A DNA stretch of 64,000 nt, taken from the NCBI RefSeq assembly GCF_018350175.1, contig NC_058383.1, forward strand, positions 16,742,001 to 16,806,000, read 5' to 3'. Shown one piece after another: positions 39,246 through 52,959 of the stretch (position 1 is the stretch's first letter; each line of letters starts with the position of its first letter). The notes under the pieces are model-generated. The model did no database searches, was not told where the DNA came from, and saw only the letters and a list, made by a program, of their open reading frames with translations. The translations under genes were made by a program, and so were the position numbers. Origin of the DNA: Felis catus. Lineage: Eukaryota.

Positions 39246-39544
39246 CTCGCAGGGAGACACTGGAGAAGACCAATCATGAGTGATTCAGGTGTGCCCACCT
39301 CAGAGTGGAGAACTGACTCAGACATGCTTCTGGTCTGAGTGCTTCAATCTAGATTTTGTGATACAAAAGCCAACATGAGGAAATGAAGTGGATTCTATAG
39401 ATCAGTAATGATCTTTCCATTGATTAAAAAACACAGTAACATATCATATCATCAATATGAAATATTTAAGGATAAATCTGAGAAAATTGGATTTTTGTAC
39501 ACTGAAAATAACATAATATTGCAAGTTTTTAAACCAATAAATGA

Positions 39545-39766
39545 GGGGCGCCTGGGTGGCGCAGTCGGTTAAGCGTCCGACTTCAGCCAGGTCACGATCT
39601 CGCGGTCCGTGAGTTCGAGCCCTGCGTCGGGCTCTGGGCTGATGGCTCAGGACCTGGAGCCTGTTTCCAATTCTGTGTCTCCCTCTCTCTCTGACCGTCC
39701 CCGGTTCATGCTTTGTCTCTCTCTGTCCCAAAAATAAATAAACGTTGAAAAAAATTTAAAAAAAAA
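39545..39766 (+). mobile_element. Young Can-SINE
   Basis: Consensus-like body. TSD aaaccaataaatga on both sides. Confidence 0.96.
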
Positions 39767-40411
39767 AAACCAATAAATGAATAGATATTCCTAGTTTGTT
39801 CTACAAAACACTGAATGTCACTAAAGTAATGATGATTCCTAGCCTGACCAAAAGGCTCACCTCAGCTCTTGGGATAAAATACACCTGCAATAAGATGTCA
39901 GGTAGGAATTCTCAGCAAATAAATGGAAAAAGATTGGAACAGATATAACTGAAACAATCGCCCTGGAGTGGTTCTTCTCTAGTTGCACATGACCTGATCT
40001 TTCTGAGGAAGGGGAGGTGTGTACCATGCCTTTGAAATTGGGGAGGCCATATTTTGTTGGGTAATCAAGGTGAGACATGGAGGGCAGCATCAGTTTGGCC
40101 AGAGGCACAGACCAGGGGGAGGAAGCACTGCTCTTAAGGCTGATGTTCAGAGTCGGGCTGTATCTAAGCTGGGCTGGTGCCACTGGGCAATGAGACTGTG
40201 CTGTTCCCTGCAAAGCCCACCTGGGGAATTGGTTTCTGATGATCACTGCACTGCAAGAAACAATGGTGTGAGTGATAACCTGCTCAGTGAGAATTATGCC
40301 CGAGGAGGTATAAACAGAAGAGGACACCACGTGATTCCTTGGTCCTGACTGTATTTCCAAGGCTCAGAAACAGAACCTGCATCTGTAAATTCTGGATAGA
40401 AAAAGCCAAGA

Positions 40412-43160
40412 TTGTGAACAGACCCATAACCAGTAAAGAAATCGAATTACTAATCAAAAATCTCCCCCAAAAAACAAGAGTCCAGGACCAGATGGATTTC
40501 CAGGGGGATTCTACCAAACATTTAAGGAAGAGTTAGCACCTATTTTCACGAAGCTGTTCCAAAAAATAGAAATGGAAAGAAACTTCCAAACTCATTCTAT
40601 GAAGCCAACATTACCTTGATTCCAAAACCAGACAGAGACTCCACTTAAAAGGAGAACTATAGACCAATTTCTCTGATGAACATGGATGCAAAAATCCTCA
40701 ACAAGATATTAGCCAACCAGATCCAACAATAAGTTAAAAAAAAATTATTCACCATGACCAAGTGGGATTTATACCTGGGATGCAGGGCTGGTTCAATATC
40801 CACAAAACAACATGATTCATCACATCAATAAAAGAAAGGACAAGAACCATGTGATCCTCTCGATAGATGCAGAGAAAGCATTTCACAAAATACACCATCC
40901 TTTCTTGATAAAAACCCTCAAGACAGTAGGGATAGAAGGACCATACCTTGAGATAAAAGCCATATATGAACGACCCAACGCTAATATCATCCTCAATGGG
41001 GGAAAACTGAGAGCTTTCCCCCTAAGGTCAGGAACAAGACAGGATGTCCACTCTCACCAGTTATTCAACATAGTATTGGAAGTCTTAGCCTCTGCAATCA
41101 GACAACACAAGGAAATAAAAGGCATCAAATTAGCCAGGAGGAGGTCAAACCCTCACTCTTCACAGATGACATGATACTCTATATGGAAAACCCAAAAGAT
41201 TCCACCAAAAAACTGCTAGAACTGATTCCTGAATTCAGCAAAGTGGCAGGATATAAAATCAATGCACAGAAATCGGTTGTATTCCTATACACCAACAATG
41301 AAGCAACAGAAAGAAATCAAAGAAGGAATCGATCCCATTTACAATTGCACAAAAAACCATAAAACACCTAGGAATAAATCTAACCAAAAAGGTGAAAAAT
41401 CTATACACTGAAAACTGTAGAAAGCTTATGAAAGAAATTGAAAAGACACCAAAAAAATGGCAAAAGATTCCATGCTCCTGAATAGGAAGAACAAATATTG
41501 TTAAAATGTTGATACTACCCAAAGCAATCTACATATTCAATGCAATCCCCATTAAAGTAACACTAGCATTCTTCACAGAGCTAGAACAAATCCTAAAATT
41601 TGTATGCAACCAGAAAAGACCCCAAATAGCCAAAGCAATCTTGAAAAAGAAAACCAAAGTAGGAGGCATCACAAATCTGGACTTCAAGCTACACTACAAA
41701 GCTGTAATCGTCAAGACAGTATGGTACTGACACAAGAACAGACACTCAGATCAATGGAACAGAATAGAGAACCCAGAAATGGACCCACAAACGTATGGCC
41801 AACTAATCTTTGACAAAGCAGGAAAGAATATCCAATGGAATAAAGACAGTCTCTTCAGCAAGTGGTGCTGGGAAAACTGGACAGCGACATGCAGAAGAAT
41901 GAACCTGGACCAATTTCTTACACCACACACAAAAATAAACTCAAAATGGATGAAATACCTCAATGTAAGACAGGAAGCCACCAAAATCCTCAAGGATAAA
42001 GCAGGCAAGAACCTCTTTGATCTTGGCCACAGCAACTTCTTACTCACATCTCTGGAGGCAAGGGAAACAAAAGCAAAACTGAACTACTGGGACCTCATCA
42101 AAATAAAAAGCTTTGGCACAGCAAAGGAAACAATCAGCAAAACTAAAAGGCAACCGACAGAATGGGAGAAGATATTTGCAAACGACATATCAGATAAAGG
42201 GCTAGTATCCAAAATCTACAAAGAACTGATCAAACTCAACACCCAAAAAACAAATGATCCCGTGAAGAAATGGGCAAAAGATATGAATAGTCAATTCTCC
42301 AGAGAAGACATCCAGATGGCCAACCAACACATGAAAAGATGCTCAACTTCATTCATCATCAGGGCAATAGAAATCAAAACCACAATGAGATACCACCTTA
42401 CACCTGCCAGAATGGCCTTAACAACTCAGGCGACAACAGATGTTGGCGAGGATGTGGAGAAAGAGGATCTCTTTTGCATTGTTGGTGGGAATGCAAGCTG
42501 GTGCAGCCACTCTGGAAAACAGTATGGAGGTTCCTCAAAAAACTAAAAATAGAACTACCCTATGACCCAGCAATTGCCCTACTAGGTATTTATCCAAGGG
42601 ATACACGTGTGCTGTTTCAAAGGGCACATGCACCCCCATGTTTATAGCAGCACTATCAACAATAGCCAAAGTATGGAAAGAGCCCAAATGTCCATCGATG
42701 GATGAAGGGATAAAGAAGATGTGGTATATATATATACAATGCAGTATTACTTGGCAATCAAAAAGAATGAAATCTTGCCATTTGCAACTATGTGTTTGGA
42801 ACTGGAGGGTATTATGCTAAGTGAAATTAGTCAGTGAGAGAAAGACAAAAATCATATGACTTCACTCATGAGGACTTTAGGAGACAAAACAGATGAACAT
42901 AATGGAAGGGAAACAAAAATAATATAAAAACAGAGGGGGACAAAACAGAAGAGACTCATAAATATGGAGAACAAACTGAGGGTTACTGGAACAGTTGTGG
43001 GAGGGGGATGGGCTAAACGGGTAAGGGGCACTAAGGAATCTACTCCTGAAATCATTATTGCACTATATGCTAACTAATTTGGATGTAAATTAAAAAAATA
43101 ATAAAATATAAATTAAGTAGTAAAATAATAAAAATTTAAAAATTAAAAAATCAAAAAAAA
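40412..43160 (+). mobile_element. 5'-truncated L1 (RT to 3'UTR)
   Basis: ORF2 fragments ([11 protein letters not shown], 255-aa ORF 41779-42546). Perfect 14-bp TSD agaaaaagccaaga at 40398-40411 and 43161-43174. Confidence 0.96.
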
Positions 43161-43611
43161 AGAAAAAGCCAAGACCCTTTTCACAAAATGATGGATTACC
43201 TCCACAATTGCCTGAGTCTTTCCCAGGCAGCAGTGAAGCAGTGAAGATGCCTGCAGCAGATTGGGTACTAGTATCCTGTTCTTGTGGCATTATGTATCAA
43301 CAGACACTTGTGCCCAGTGCAAAATCTTCTTTTCCTAGACTTTGCTCCCTTGTGACCATGACTTCACAAGGTCTTTGTGAGACCCAGAGCACAGAGTTAA
43401 CATTGCATCACCACTTCTTGTGATCTTTCTGTAGCATTGAACCATGCAAAGGGCCAGAAAAAGCAAAGAATAAGACTGAGATTTGGATATAAGACTTTAT
43501 ATGAGTTAGGGTTCTCCTGAGAAACAGAACCAAGTGTATGTATGTATGTACGTACGTACTATGTACATGCAATATAATGTATAAGTTTATGTGCATGCAT
43601 ATGTTTGTGTG

Positions 43612-43661
<50 letters not shown>

Positions 43662-43947
43662 GGTATATATGTTTGTCTATCTAGCAATCCATATGAGAAA
43701 TTTATTTAAGGAATTGTTAACCATTGTTGTAGAGGTTGGCAAGTCCAAAATGCATAGTGTGGGCTGGCAGGCCACAGACCCAGGAGAGGAAGTGTCGTTG
43801 TAGTTTGGTTCTGAAGGCAATGTGTTCCCAGAATTCCTTCTTTCTGGGATGGCCAGTCTTTCCTCCAAGGCCTTCAACTTATTGGATGAGACCCACCCCC
43901 ATTATGATGGTAATGTTTTTAAGTCAGAGTCTACTGATTTAATTCCA

Positions 43948-44163
43948 TTTTTAAATTTTTTTAATGTTTATTTATTTTTGAGAGAGAGAGATAGAGTACA
44001 AGCAGGGTAGGGTCAGAGACAGAGGGAAATACAGAATCTGAAGCGGGCTCCAGGCTCTGAGCTGTCAGCACAGAGCCTGAAGTGGGGCTCAAACTCACGA
44101 ACCATGAGATCATAACCTAAGTCGAAGTTGGATACTCAACCGACTAAGCCACCCAGGCGCCCC
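43948..44163 (-). mobile_element. Can-SINE
   Basis: Reverse consensus ending gccacccaggcgcccc. Confidence 0.93.
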
Positions 44164-44184
44164 AATTTAATTCTATTTTTAAAA

Positions 44185-44202
44185 TTTATTTCTTTATTTT
44201 AG

Positions 44203-44235
<33 letters not shown>

Positions 44236-44413
44236 GAGAGAGAAAGAGAATGCTATGAGGGTGGGTCAGAGATAGAGGGGTAGGGAGAATCCCAAGCAGA
44301 CTCCAAGCTGTCATCTCAGAGCCTAATGTAGGGCTCAAACTCATGAACCATGAGGTCATGACCTGAGCTGAAATCAAGACTTGGGTGCTTAACCTGAGCC
44401 ACCCTGGCACCCC
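44185..44413 (-). mobile_element. Older Can-SINE
   Basis: Reverse consensus ending gagccaccctggcaccc, with a (CA)n-modified tract. Confidence 0.87.
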
Positions 44414-45499
44414 TACTCTTTTAATTATTAATTTCATTTGAAATATATATTCACAGAAACTACTAGAATTCTATTAGACCAAACATTTTGCTCTCATGGC
44501 CTACATAAGCTACACCTGACTGCACCATCACAGCCCCCAACCATTTTCTCAGGATGTGCAATGGGGTAAGAGGTGTGGGGAAGGTGTGCCCTTGTTGGAG
44601 TCTTAAAGATCGAAGTTTCAGGTCCTGACCACCACAGCCTGGATGCCCCCAGCCTTCCCTGACCCTACTCATCACCCAGATGAATGCTTCCTGAGCTTCT
44701 GCATGGGCCCTGCCCCTTCTTTTCCCCACTCCCTGCAGTTGGATGCTGCCCTGTCTTTATTGGTCTCCACACCTCTCCCAGCCTATCCAGGCTCCATCAG
44801 GGACAGGAACCTCAGGGCAGAAATGCACTTTCTACTGCCCCCCTAAGGAGAAACAACAGTGTACAGAATGTCATGATTTTGACACATCACTGCAGAGATA
44901 AATCTCTTCAAAACTCTGGAGTCATTGATGCAACCATGTACCCTAGGACAGAGGTTCCATTTTTGTCTGCACATCACGCTACATCAACAGCACCTGTTTC
45001 CAATCAAGAATGAAGCCCAACATCACTGACCAGCACAATCCAAAGGTCCCTGTGCTCCTACAATACCCCAGGTCCCCAGGGACATGAGATCAGAACTTGT
45101 TGAGCCCCACAGTCAATCCCCTCCATTCCTCAGTGCTAACTATAGGTTAACTTTTATTTATTATTATTATTATTATTATTGTTATTATTATTATTGTATT
45201 TTCAGAGTGTTTCCTCATTTGATCACATGAAGACATGATAAATGAGTTAGTAGCTTATGTCCTGACAGTCTCCTCCCTCCATGTAATACAGGGGTAGCCA
45301 AGGCTTCTCAGTTTATATTCAGATATAGGGGCTCCCACATTCAATGACTTGCCTTTTTACAATTCCCTCCCTACTCGCCAGCTGCATTGGCAATCTCATG
45401 CTTTGTGCTCTGAATCTGCAAGGGAGTTGGGCTTTGGACAAAGTGACAAGGGACCCTAATCTCCCACTCCCCTCTCTTTAGTTGGAGGTACGTTTATCC

Positions 45500-45815
45500 A
45501 GGCTCTGCAGACACATTCATCCAGAATTTGGAGTCAGAGCTCTAGAAGTACACCATCTATAGCTGAAAAATCATCAACACAGGAGTGAACAGTGTGTCCT
45601 GGCAACACAAATTTCTGGGCAGAAGCCCCAGAATTGTGGACCTGTGATTTTCTTATTACAGCCATTCCAGACAGAACCTCTGGCTTCAGGTCTGTCAAGG
45701 AATGCTTCCTGAGGGTCCCTTAGATCATGTCCTAAGATGAGGCTGACCATTGAGGCCAGACATGGGATGACCTTTATCCAGTGCTCTAAACCCTGGAGGA
45801 ATGGAGATTCAGTCC
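45500..45815 (+). pseudogene. Highly degenerate IGLV relic
   Basis: NTGVNSVSWQHKFLGRSP..AIPDRTSGFRS..*DEADH*GQTWDD. RSS-like TCCAGTG-23-ATTCAGTCC. Confidence 0.6.
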
Positions 45816-47564
45816 TCCCCTATCTGATCACTGCCTGGCTACATCTCTGTCTACCCCCTGGGTCTAACTAACATCCCATCAGGGGTGGCGCAACTCTTAT
45901 CTATCGCACCACACTTGGTGGATCTGAACACATTTCAATACTTTGTGTCTTTGAGGATGGCAGGACTATTTTGAAAGCAGGTTTATGGATCTAACTGTCC
46001 ACTCAACATATCTGCAAAACATAAAAAATTCACATTTAGCTTCTTTGATAGAAGGAGTGAGAAAATAGGAAGCGTTCTTTTTTCATATGTAAACAAATTT
46101 TATAACCCCATAAGAAAAAATCTTAACAATAAATATATAATATAAAAATAAATATATATAATATATATTATAATAAATATAATATAAAAATAAATAGCAC
46201 ACACTACAAACTTAAGAATATAATGTCAACATCTAACATAAGTATATTATACTCTCCATGGTTAAATGCAAAGCCTTCCAAAACCATTATGATTATGACT
46301 GATGATGATGATGATTGACACTTTTCATTTTCATTTTACTAATGACTAAATCAAAGCTAATCCCTGTCATTGCTACAGAGGCATTACTGGATTTTGAAAT
46401 GTTTGCTAAATTTTCCTCTTTAAAACATGCCACTAAGTGTTTGGGGGGAAATTTCCCTTCTGGTGTCTTTTCCCCAAAAGAACCCCTACAAGTTCTTTAG
46501 AAGAGCTCAACTGATCTCTGACCTGATGCACACCTGGATCATTCACCTTTATCTAGAGTGTCCTCTAACTAGTTATATATGCACATCTTTCATTTCCATG
46601 GACAAGAGCTTCTCTAGGAATGAAAAGTTACTGGAATCAGTCCCCAGGATCAGAATCAAAGCACAGGCATCCCTACATTTTGAGAGTTCCCATTATGCCA
46701 TTTGGCATTATCAAAAGACCTACTTTAATACCTGATTTCACTAGTAGAAGAAATATAAACAATTTTTTTTTATTTTACACAAAAGGCCAGAAGTGAACAT
46801 AGCTTTTAGCACTTGTTTTGCAGCTGGCCTGTCGAGAGACGACCTGCACCCTGAGCAGCCAGAGTGTCTCCGCCAATGTCCTTTTCTGGGAAGTACCCTC
46901 AGCATCTCAGCATCCAACTCCCAGAGCTTTGAACTGTGTCTTTTAGGTTGAGTGCTTTATCTCCATTTATTTATGCATCCCTTAGCAAGATGTGTCCTAG
47001 AGTTTCAGTGAAGCCTGAGATAGTTTATTGCTTGAGTCTAGAAAACACTCTAATGTATTTCCATATAAACTGATGTCAACTGCTCCCTCACTTTTAGCCA
47101 TTTTGTCTAGGAGAGGTTTCATAAAAAATTTCTACTGTTGGATACTGGAGGAAACCGGAACTCTTAATATAGCCATGGATATGTGGATACAGACAGGAAC
47201 CCAGTGAGAGGTAGATACCAGCTGGGCTCTGGGAGCTTTGGGCCACATTGAGGTGTGTGTTCTTTGACCAGAGGGTGTGCTGTGGGACTGCCTTGTTGTC
47301 CTACTTGCTACCTAGTGAGGACCATTCACTCAAAGGAGCAAAGGCCTGGGTGTTGGACACTTTGCACCCTGCTGGGGACTCAGCAACTGTGTCTTCTCTA
47401 GCCTGGCAGAGTCCCCTGAATAAGGACCTGTGTATTGTCTCAGCAGGTGTTTTCCACAGGGCTCTTCCCAGGGGTGAAGCCAGCCTCCATCCTCTTCAGT
47501 GTGTGTGAACTGAGCACCAGAGGCGGGACTCAGGGAAGGGCTGGACACTCGTTGGATGGATGCC

Positions 47565-48178
47565 ATCTGCATGTACAACCCCTTCTGTGGCAGCTTGTAG
47601 AGGGGAAATGGAGCTTTGGGGAAGCCTAGCCCACTATGGGAACGACAGTGTCACCATGTCCTGGCCTCCTGTCCTCCTCATGTTCCTCGCTCACTCTAAA
47701 GATTGGGACATACTCAGGGGCCAGGTTTCAGCCTGTGTCAGCCTCAGTAGGTCAGAGTCCAGAGAAAAATTTACTTTGACCCGAGTCCCATCACCCAGGA
47801 GTGTTTGTGTTTACAGGTTCCCTCTTCCGGCCTGTGTGGACCCACCCACCTCCATCTCTGCATCTCTGAGAACAACAGCCAGAGTCACATGCATCCTTAA
47901 CAGTGGCTTCCATGTTGGCAGCAAGAACATATGCTCATTCCTGCATAAACCATGGAGCCCTCTTCAGTATCTCTTGAGGTTCTACTCAGACTCAAACAAG
48001 CACAAGGGATCTGGGGTCCCCAAGTGTTTCTCTTGATCCAAAGACATTTTGGCCAATGCAGGGATTCTGCTCATCTCTGGATTGTAGACTGGGGACAGGG
48101 CTGATTTTGAGTGTATGACTGGACACAATTAATGCTTCTTACAGTGACACAGGCTGATGATAAAAGAGGACAATATCC
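47565..48178 (+). pseudogene. IGLV5-like V pseudogene
   Basis: Octamer variant ATCTGCAT (47565). Leader MSWPPVLLMFLAHSK from 47656 with a mutated donor. TSISASLRTTARVTCILNSGFHVGSKNI..PLQYLLRFYSDSNKHKGSGVPKCFS*SKDILANAGILLISGL*. RSS TACAGTG (48140)-23-ACAATATCC. Confidence 0.92.
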
Positions 48179-48829
48179 TTGACCTGCCAAGAGTCTTGTT
48201 CTATGACAATTTAAGACTTGCAAAAATAAGTTGTATATATACTTGCAAGTGCCATCTGGTTCTTAATGGGTCTATTCTCAATTATCCATTCAGTGTCTCT
48301 GTGACCTTAGAAAGAACAAAATACACAAAACAAATTACTTCAATTTCATGAGAGCTCCCCTGTTGTATGGGTATCCCCATGTCATAAAACCAGAGTCTGC
48401 ACAGTGGCTGTCTTTACTTGAAATGAGGAAAATAACACTTTCTTTGACCTCATCCTCCTCAGAGCCCCAGGGACTATCTGAACAAGTAGACAGTCCTCCA
48501 CAGAATGGACTCTATTCTTCCAGTGTTTATAGCAATGACCTCACCTTCACTCCCAGACTCCTGTGCTCAGGAGTAACCAAGGCTTGCTATGTCTTAGGGA
48601 TAAAGCATTAGTAGGTGAGATACTCTGTAAGGATAGAGGCCTGGGAGGAAATCAGGTACAGAGCTGACCTGGGACCCTCGCTGGGCACATGAGGTTTCAG
48701 TCATGCAGATCGAGGAGGGGGTTTTACTTACAGGGGAGATTTGGGGCTTGAAGGCAGGAACCCCTTGATGAGACATGAGAACTTACAGGATGCTCTACAG
48801 TTGCCAAGGCTGCCTCACAGAAATGAATA

Positions 48830-49340
48830 ATGTGGGTCCATGAATGAATCTCTTCAACAGGTGACACCTGGGCCCATGGGGACTCCCATGGATAGGTCTT
48901 TTGAGCCCACAGGTACTGACTGTGTCCCCCTCTCCCCTCAGACCCCATTAGGGATTTTTCCAAAATCCAGGTTTGTGGGGCCTGTGAACATCATGTGTAG
49001 GAACTCCCATGTATGTGCATGTGTCTACTCCTTGGGAAGCTCCTGAGGACCCCAGACCCCAGGTTACCTCCTCTTCCACAGAATCAGCAGAAACTCTGGG
49101 GTTTACCATGGCAATGGTACCATGGCTCCCAGACAGAGCCCTTACATTGTGACCCAGGACAGCAGTGAGGGACCATCCATGTGTTCAAGCCTGTTTGGCC
49201 AGATTCAGGTGTGTCAGCAAAACCTTTTCAGCCACCTTGAGATTCAGCCTGAGGAGAGACAGGTAGTCATTGCTGTAGAGCTTCATACAACCAAATGTCA
49301 CACCGGATTCCTGTTCCACTGGGACACGTGATCACTTATG
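48830..49340 (+). pseudogene. Highly degenerate IGLV relic (paralogue of the 34.1-34.5 kb relic)
   Basis: Leader-end-like aacaggtgac at ~48860. gaccccaggttacctc..ggggtttacc..ctcccagacagagccc..cagcctgaggag, then cacaccg..gttcca.., colinear with the reverse of 34132-34410. Confidence 0.5.
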
Positions 49341-49789
49341 CCCTCTACCCTTACCCAGTCTTATTCATCACTCCTTTGTCCCTTTGTGGGACAAACAACA
49401 GCTCAGATTTTAGCTATACACATCCTACTAAAACCAGAGGGCTTCAATATCTGAATTCATGTAAGTTTTTAAGGTCAATGAAAATATCTCCTTTTGGAGG
49501 TTGCCCCCCTAATGCAAAAATAGTTACTGTGTTTCCAGAGCAAAATGGGCTCCACATTCACTGGGTTGGAATGCCAGGAATGGCAGTAGTAAAGGATGTG
49601 TGACCTGAGAGAACCAGGTGGCCCACTGCTCAGCCCCCTATACATCTCCTTGTACCATTATTGAGCTTTATTGAGAATTCCCTGAGCTCAAAAATCTTAA
49701 AGATACTCAGTTCCTTTCCTTCTCTTGAGATTAGAACTTTAATGAGCTCCTGAATTGACAGGTGCTGGGAAGTGCTCCCCAGTGAGCAT

Positions 49790-50345
49790 ATCAGAATAGA
49801 AACTTACCAAAGAAGATACACAAATGGCTATTACATGTGGCAAAAGATATCCAACATAATATGTCAATGGGGTATTACAAACTGAAACAGTGAGGTACCA
49901 CTAGTCTTCCAGGAGCATGGTGAAAAATTAATACAATGACAACATTGAATTCTGCCAAATATGTAGGGCAGCAGGAACTCTCAACATTGCTGGTGGAAAA
50001 GCAAAGTGTCCCAGTCACTTTGGAATCTACCGTGGGAGGTTGTTACAAAGCTAAACAATGCCTTGATGATGATACAGAAAGCACACCCCTATGTATTTCC
50101 TGAAATGAGTTACTAGTGTCCACAAAGAACATGCACATATGTGTTCATTGTTATTTTCTATATGATTGTCAAGACTTGAAAGCAAACAATATGCCTTTGT
50201 AGAGGTGAATAGGTATATAAACTCCAGTAGTTCTATGTCTGGAATATGATTCAGTGATGAAAAGACATGAGTTATCAAGCCACAAAAGGAGACAGAGGAA
50301 AGTTCCATGCATATTTCTAAGAGAAAGAAGCAAACTTCAAGAGAC
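49790..50345 (+). mobile_element. Old L1M-type ORF2 end/3'UTR fragment
   Basis: caaagaagatacacaaatggc..gaaacagtgaggtacca..ggaactctcaacattgctggtgg..cactttggaa. Confidence 0.7.
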
Positions 50346-51098
50346 TGGGACTGTGAGCAGTCATGGCTGGGGAAAAAAAGAGCCCTGAGTAACAGCTCCA
50401 GCGTAGGGTCCACATGCTTTAAAAATGTTAAAGTAACATTTTTGGGTTTGGAGACACATTGCTGAATGTCTACCAAGGGGAGGATCACATTAGAGGGAAA
50501 ATCACAGCATCCTGCACAGAAGGGGCTATGTGTCCATGGGGACCCATCACTGCTCTGGACTTGATCCTGTTCTAGGAGGATTTTATGTAGAGACACCACC
50601 TGAGTCCTGAACTAAGAGCAACCAAGGGGGTGGTGGACACATTCACCCTGAATAGTCTGCACAGAGCATACAGTCTGCTCTGACATAGATCATACAGTCC
50701 ATAAGTGACATAAGGAGATACTTGGCCCCCAGACAGTGGACAGAGCAAGGAGAGAGTCAGGAGCAGTCTGGGATGGACTCTGATCACCATATCACACAAT
50801 GGTGTCTTTGGGTCTGGACCATGCTGGGCACTCAGGGACATTTTCTGAAGGTCAAGGGTGCTCAGCGATGATACATGTCACCTGGCACTGTCTGCCTTCT
50901 GCTCAGGGCTCAAAGTTGTGAACTCTGTGCCCCTTTAAATCCACAGACAGAGAGACCTCTCCAGGCCAAGTGAAGGGACAGATAGCTTGGGTTTCTTTTG
51001 TACGAACAGTCACTCCCTCTCTCAGAGGATGAAGAGGGGAAGGGAGAGACTAGGAGAGCCTCTGCTCATGTGTGGGGCCAGAGAAGGCAGGATTGGTG

Positions 51099-51516
51099 AT
51101 GGTGTTCATCTTGGCCTTGCCCCCTCTCCTCCTCACCTTCCGTGTTCACTGCACATGTCACTAGATATAGGCACAAGGCAAGGGGTTCTGGGAGGACACA
51201 CGGAGCCCTCTTTCCCCCTCTTGACTACAGACACCAGCATCCCCCTCTCTGTGTGTGTCTCTCTCTTCCAGCATTGTGTATCCAGTATCTTCTGACCTAA
51301 CTACCCCCAGTGTCTTGGGCTCTGAGCCAGAGTGTCACCATCTCATGCATTGGAAGCAGCTACAACATTGTGGGTGATTTTTTATGTAGCAGTAGCAATA
51401 GATCCAGGGAATGGCCTCCAAATTCATCATCTATTAGATAAAAGGAGGCCCTCTGGGATCCCTTATTGATTCTCTGGCCCCAGGCCTGGTTGATAAGATG
51501 CCCTGAAAATCAGTGC
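51099..51516 (+). pseudogene. IGLV1-like V pseudogene, 3'-truncated (no RSS)
   Basis: Leader-like cctctcctcctcaccttccgtgttcactgcac, then QYLLT*LPPVSWALSQSVTISCIGSSYNI..PGN/MASKFIIY..RPSGIPY*FSG. Upstream 50860-50950 is homologous to the upstream region of the 28-kb IGLV1. Breaks off in FR3 into an old L1-like relic. Confidence 0.82.
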
Positions 51517-52624
51517 ATTAGTCTGTGACCCTTCTGTATTCACCTGTCTCTCCAATTATTGTGGTGACAGTTTGCCCTGTGAGCTCAGTTCTCTGTCATA
51601 TTTAAGAATTCATGATTTTCACATTGTTCTGCTTTTCAGTTGTGGTGAGGACAGGAGTGATGATGTCTAAGCTCCATACATATCAGACCACAAAGTAGGC
51701 ATTTTTTTCTTTATTAAAACTTGACCAATTTTAGCTTGGGTCCTCTTCAAATAGCTCCCTTTCATCTCTACTGTTGCATAAAGGAGGAGAGGAATTGAGG
51801 GAGTTCTGATATTCAAATAAGAATGTCACAAATACCATAAGCATATGAGACAAACTAGAATTGACTTCTTGTTTTCCCTAGCCAAAAGGTTTCCTACCAT
51901 TCCCATAATATGTAGATGGGAGGTGTACATATGTGATTTGCCTCGCACCTTCAAACAACAGTGAAAAAAAAAGAAATTGCTATATAGATAAGACTTTTAG
52001 TCTTGGAGTCTTTTGTACAATCCACTGAATGTGGACTCCTGGTGACAACTAGGGATGGTAGAACATGTTTCACATCAGACTGGTGTTGAGAAGTAGCAGT
52101 TCCAACAAACAAGAATGAGTGTCTCTGTTTATTCCTCCCCTGGGCTCTTGTTATCTACCCAGTGTTATCATTAACCTCAAAGCATACTTTTAAATTACAG
52201 GTATCCGTCCTAACCATCAAGGGTTGCTACTTTCTCTAATCCATTAGTTTACCACAGGAAATTTGAAATAGGCCTGGCTCCCATATTACCCTTCATCCAA
52301 TTCCATGCTTTTCCACACTTGATCTACAGAGCACACACACACAGAATTCTGACAATGAACAAGAACCAGGCTTGATGACAAATATGAGAAAGCAACCAGC
52401 ATTCTGAAAAGAACACAGGCAGAGTGGAGGAGGCCAGTGTAGACAGAATGTGTCTTCCAGATCCAAGATTGTAGGAAAAGGGGACATGGTCCTGGGTCTA
52501 CTAAGCTGAGGGCTCCAACCAAAATATTGGACAATAGCCTCAAACCACCCATTTTCATGCACACGGTACTGTGGGCCCTTAGTTCCAGGATCACAGTGGT
52601 CAGCGCTAGAAATGCATTTCACAT

Positions 52625-52920
52625 TTATTTTTTTTCAATATATGAAATTTATTGTCAAATTGGTTTCCATACAACACCCAGTGTTCATCCCAAAAGGTGC
52701 CCTCCTCACTGCCCATCACCTACCCTCTCCTCCCTCCCACCCCCATCAACCCTCAGTTTGTTCTCAGTTTTTAAGAGTCTCTTATTCTTTGGCTCTCTCC
52801 CACTCTAACCTCTTTTTTTTTCCTTCCCCTCCCCCATGGATTTCTGTTAAGTTTCTCAGGATCCACATAAGAGTGAAAACATATGGTATCTGCCTTTCTC
52901 TGTATGGCTTATTTCACTTT
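52625..52920 (-). mobile_element. Short L1 3'UTR fragment
   Basis: Reverse of the L1 3' end seen at 13960-14240. Confidence 0.92.
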
Positions 52921-52959
52921 TAAACAAGGCTCACACATTGTCCAGCCTGTGAAGAAGGT

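Larger units (their letters stand above)
43497..44531 (-). mobile_element. MLT2-type (ERV-L) LTR interrupted by (CA)/(TA) microsatellites and two SINEs
   Basis: ttagggttctcc..gaaacagaacc..aaggaattg..ggcaagtccaaaat..gccttcaact..ttggatgagacccacc..accatcaca matches the recalled MLT2 reverse strand. Confidence 0.75.

Noticed and set aside
41779..42546. 255-aa ORF as a host gene
   Set aside because: It is a fragment of L1 ORF2.
47560..48036. 158-aa ORF as a functional IGLV
   Set aside because: It reads through the leader intron only because of a frameshift and a lost splice donor. It stops in FR3 and lacks the conserved Trp and YYC.
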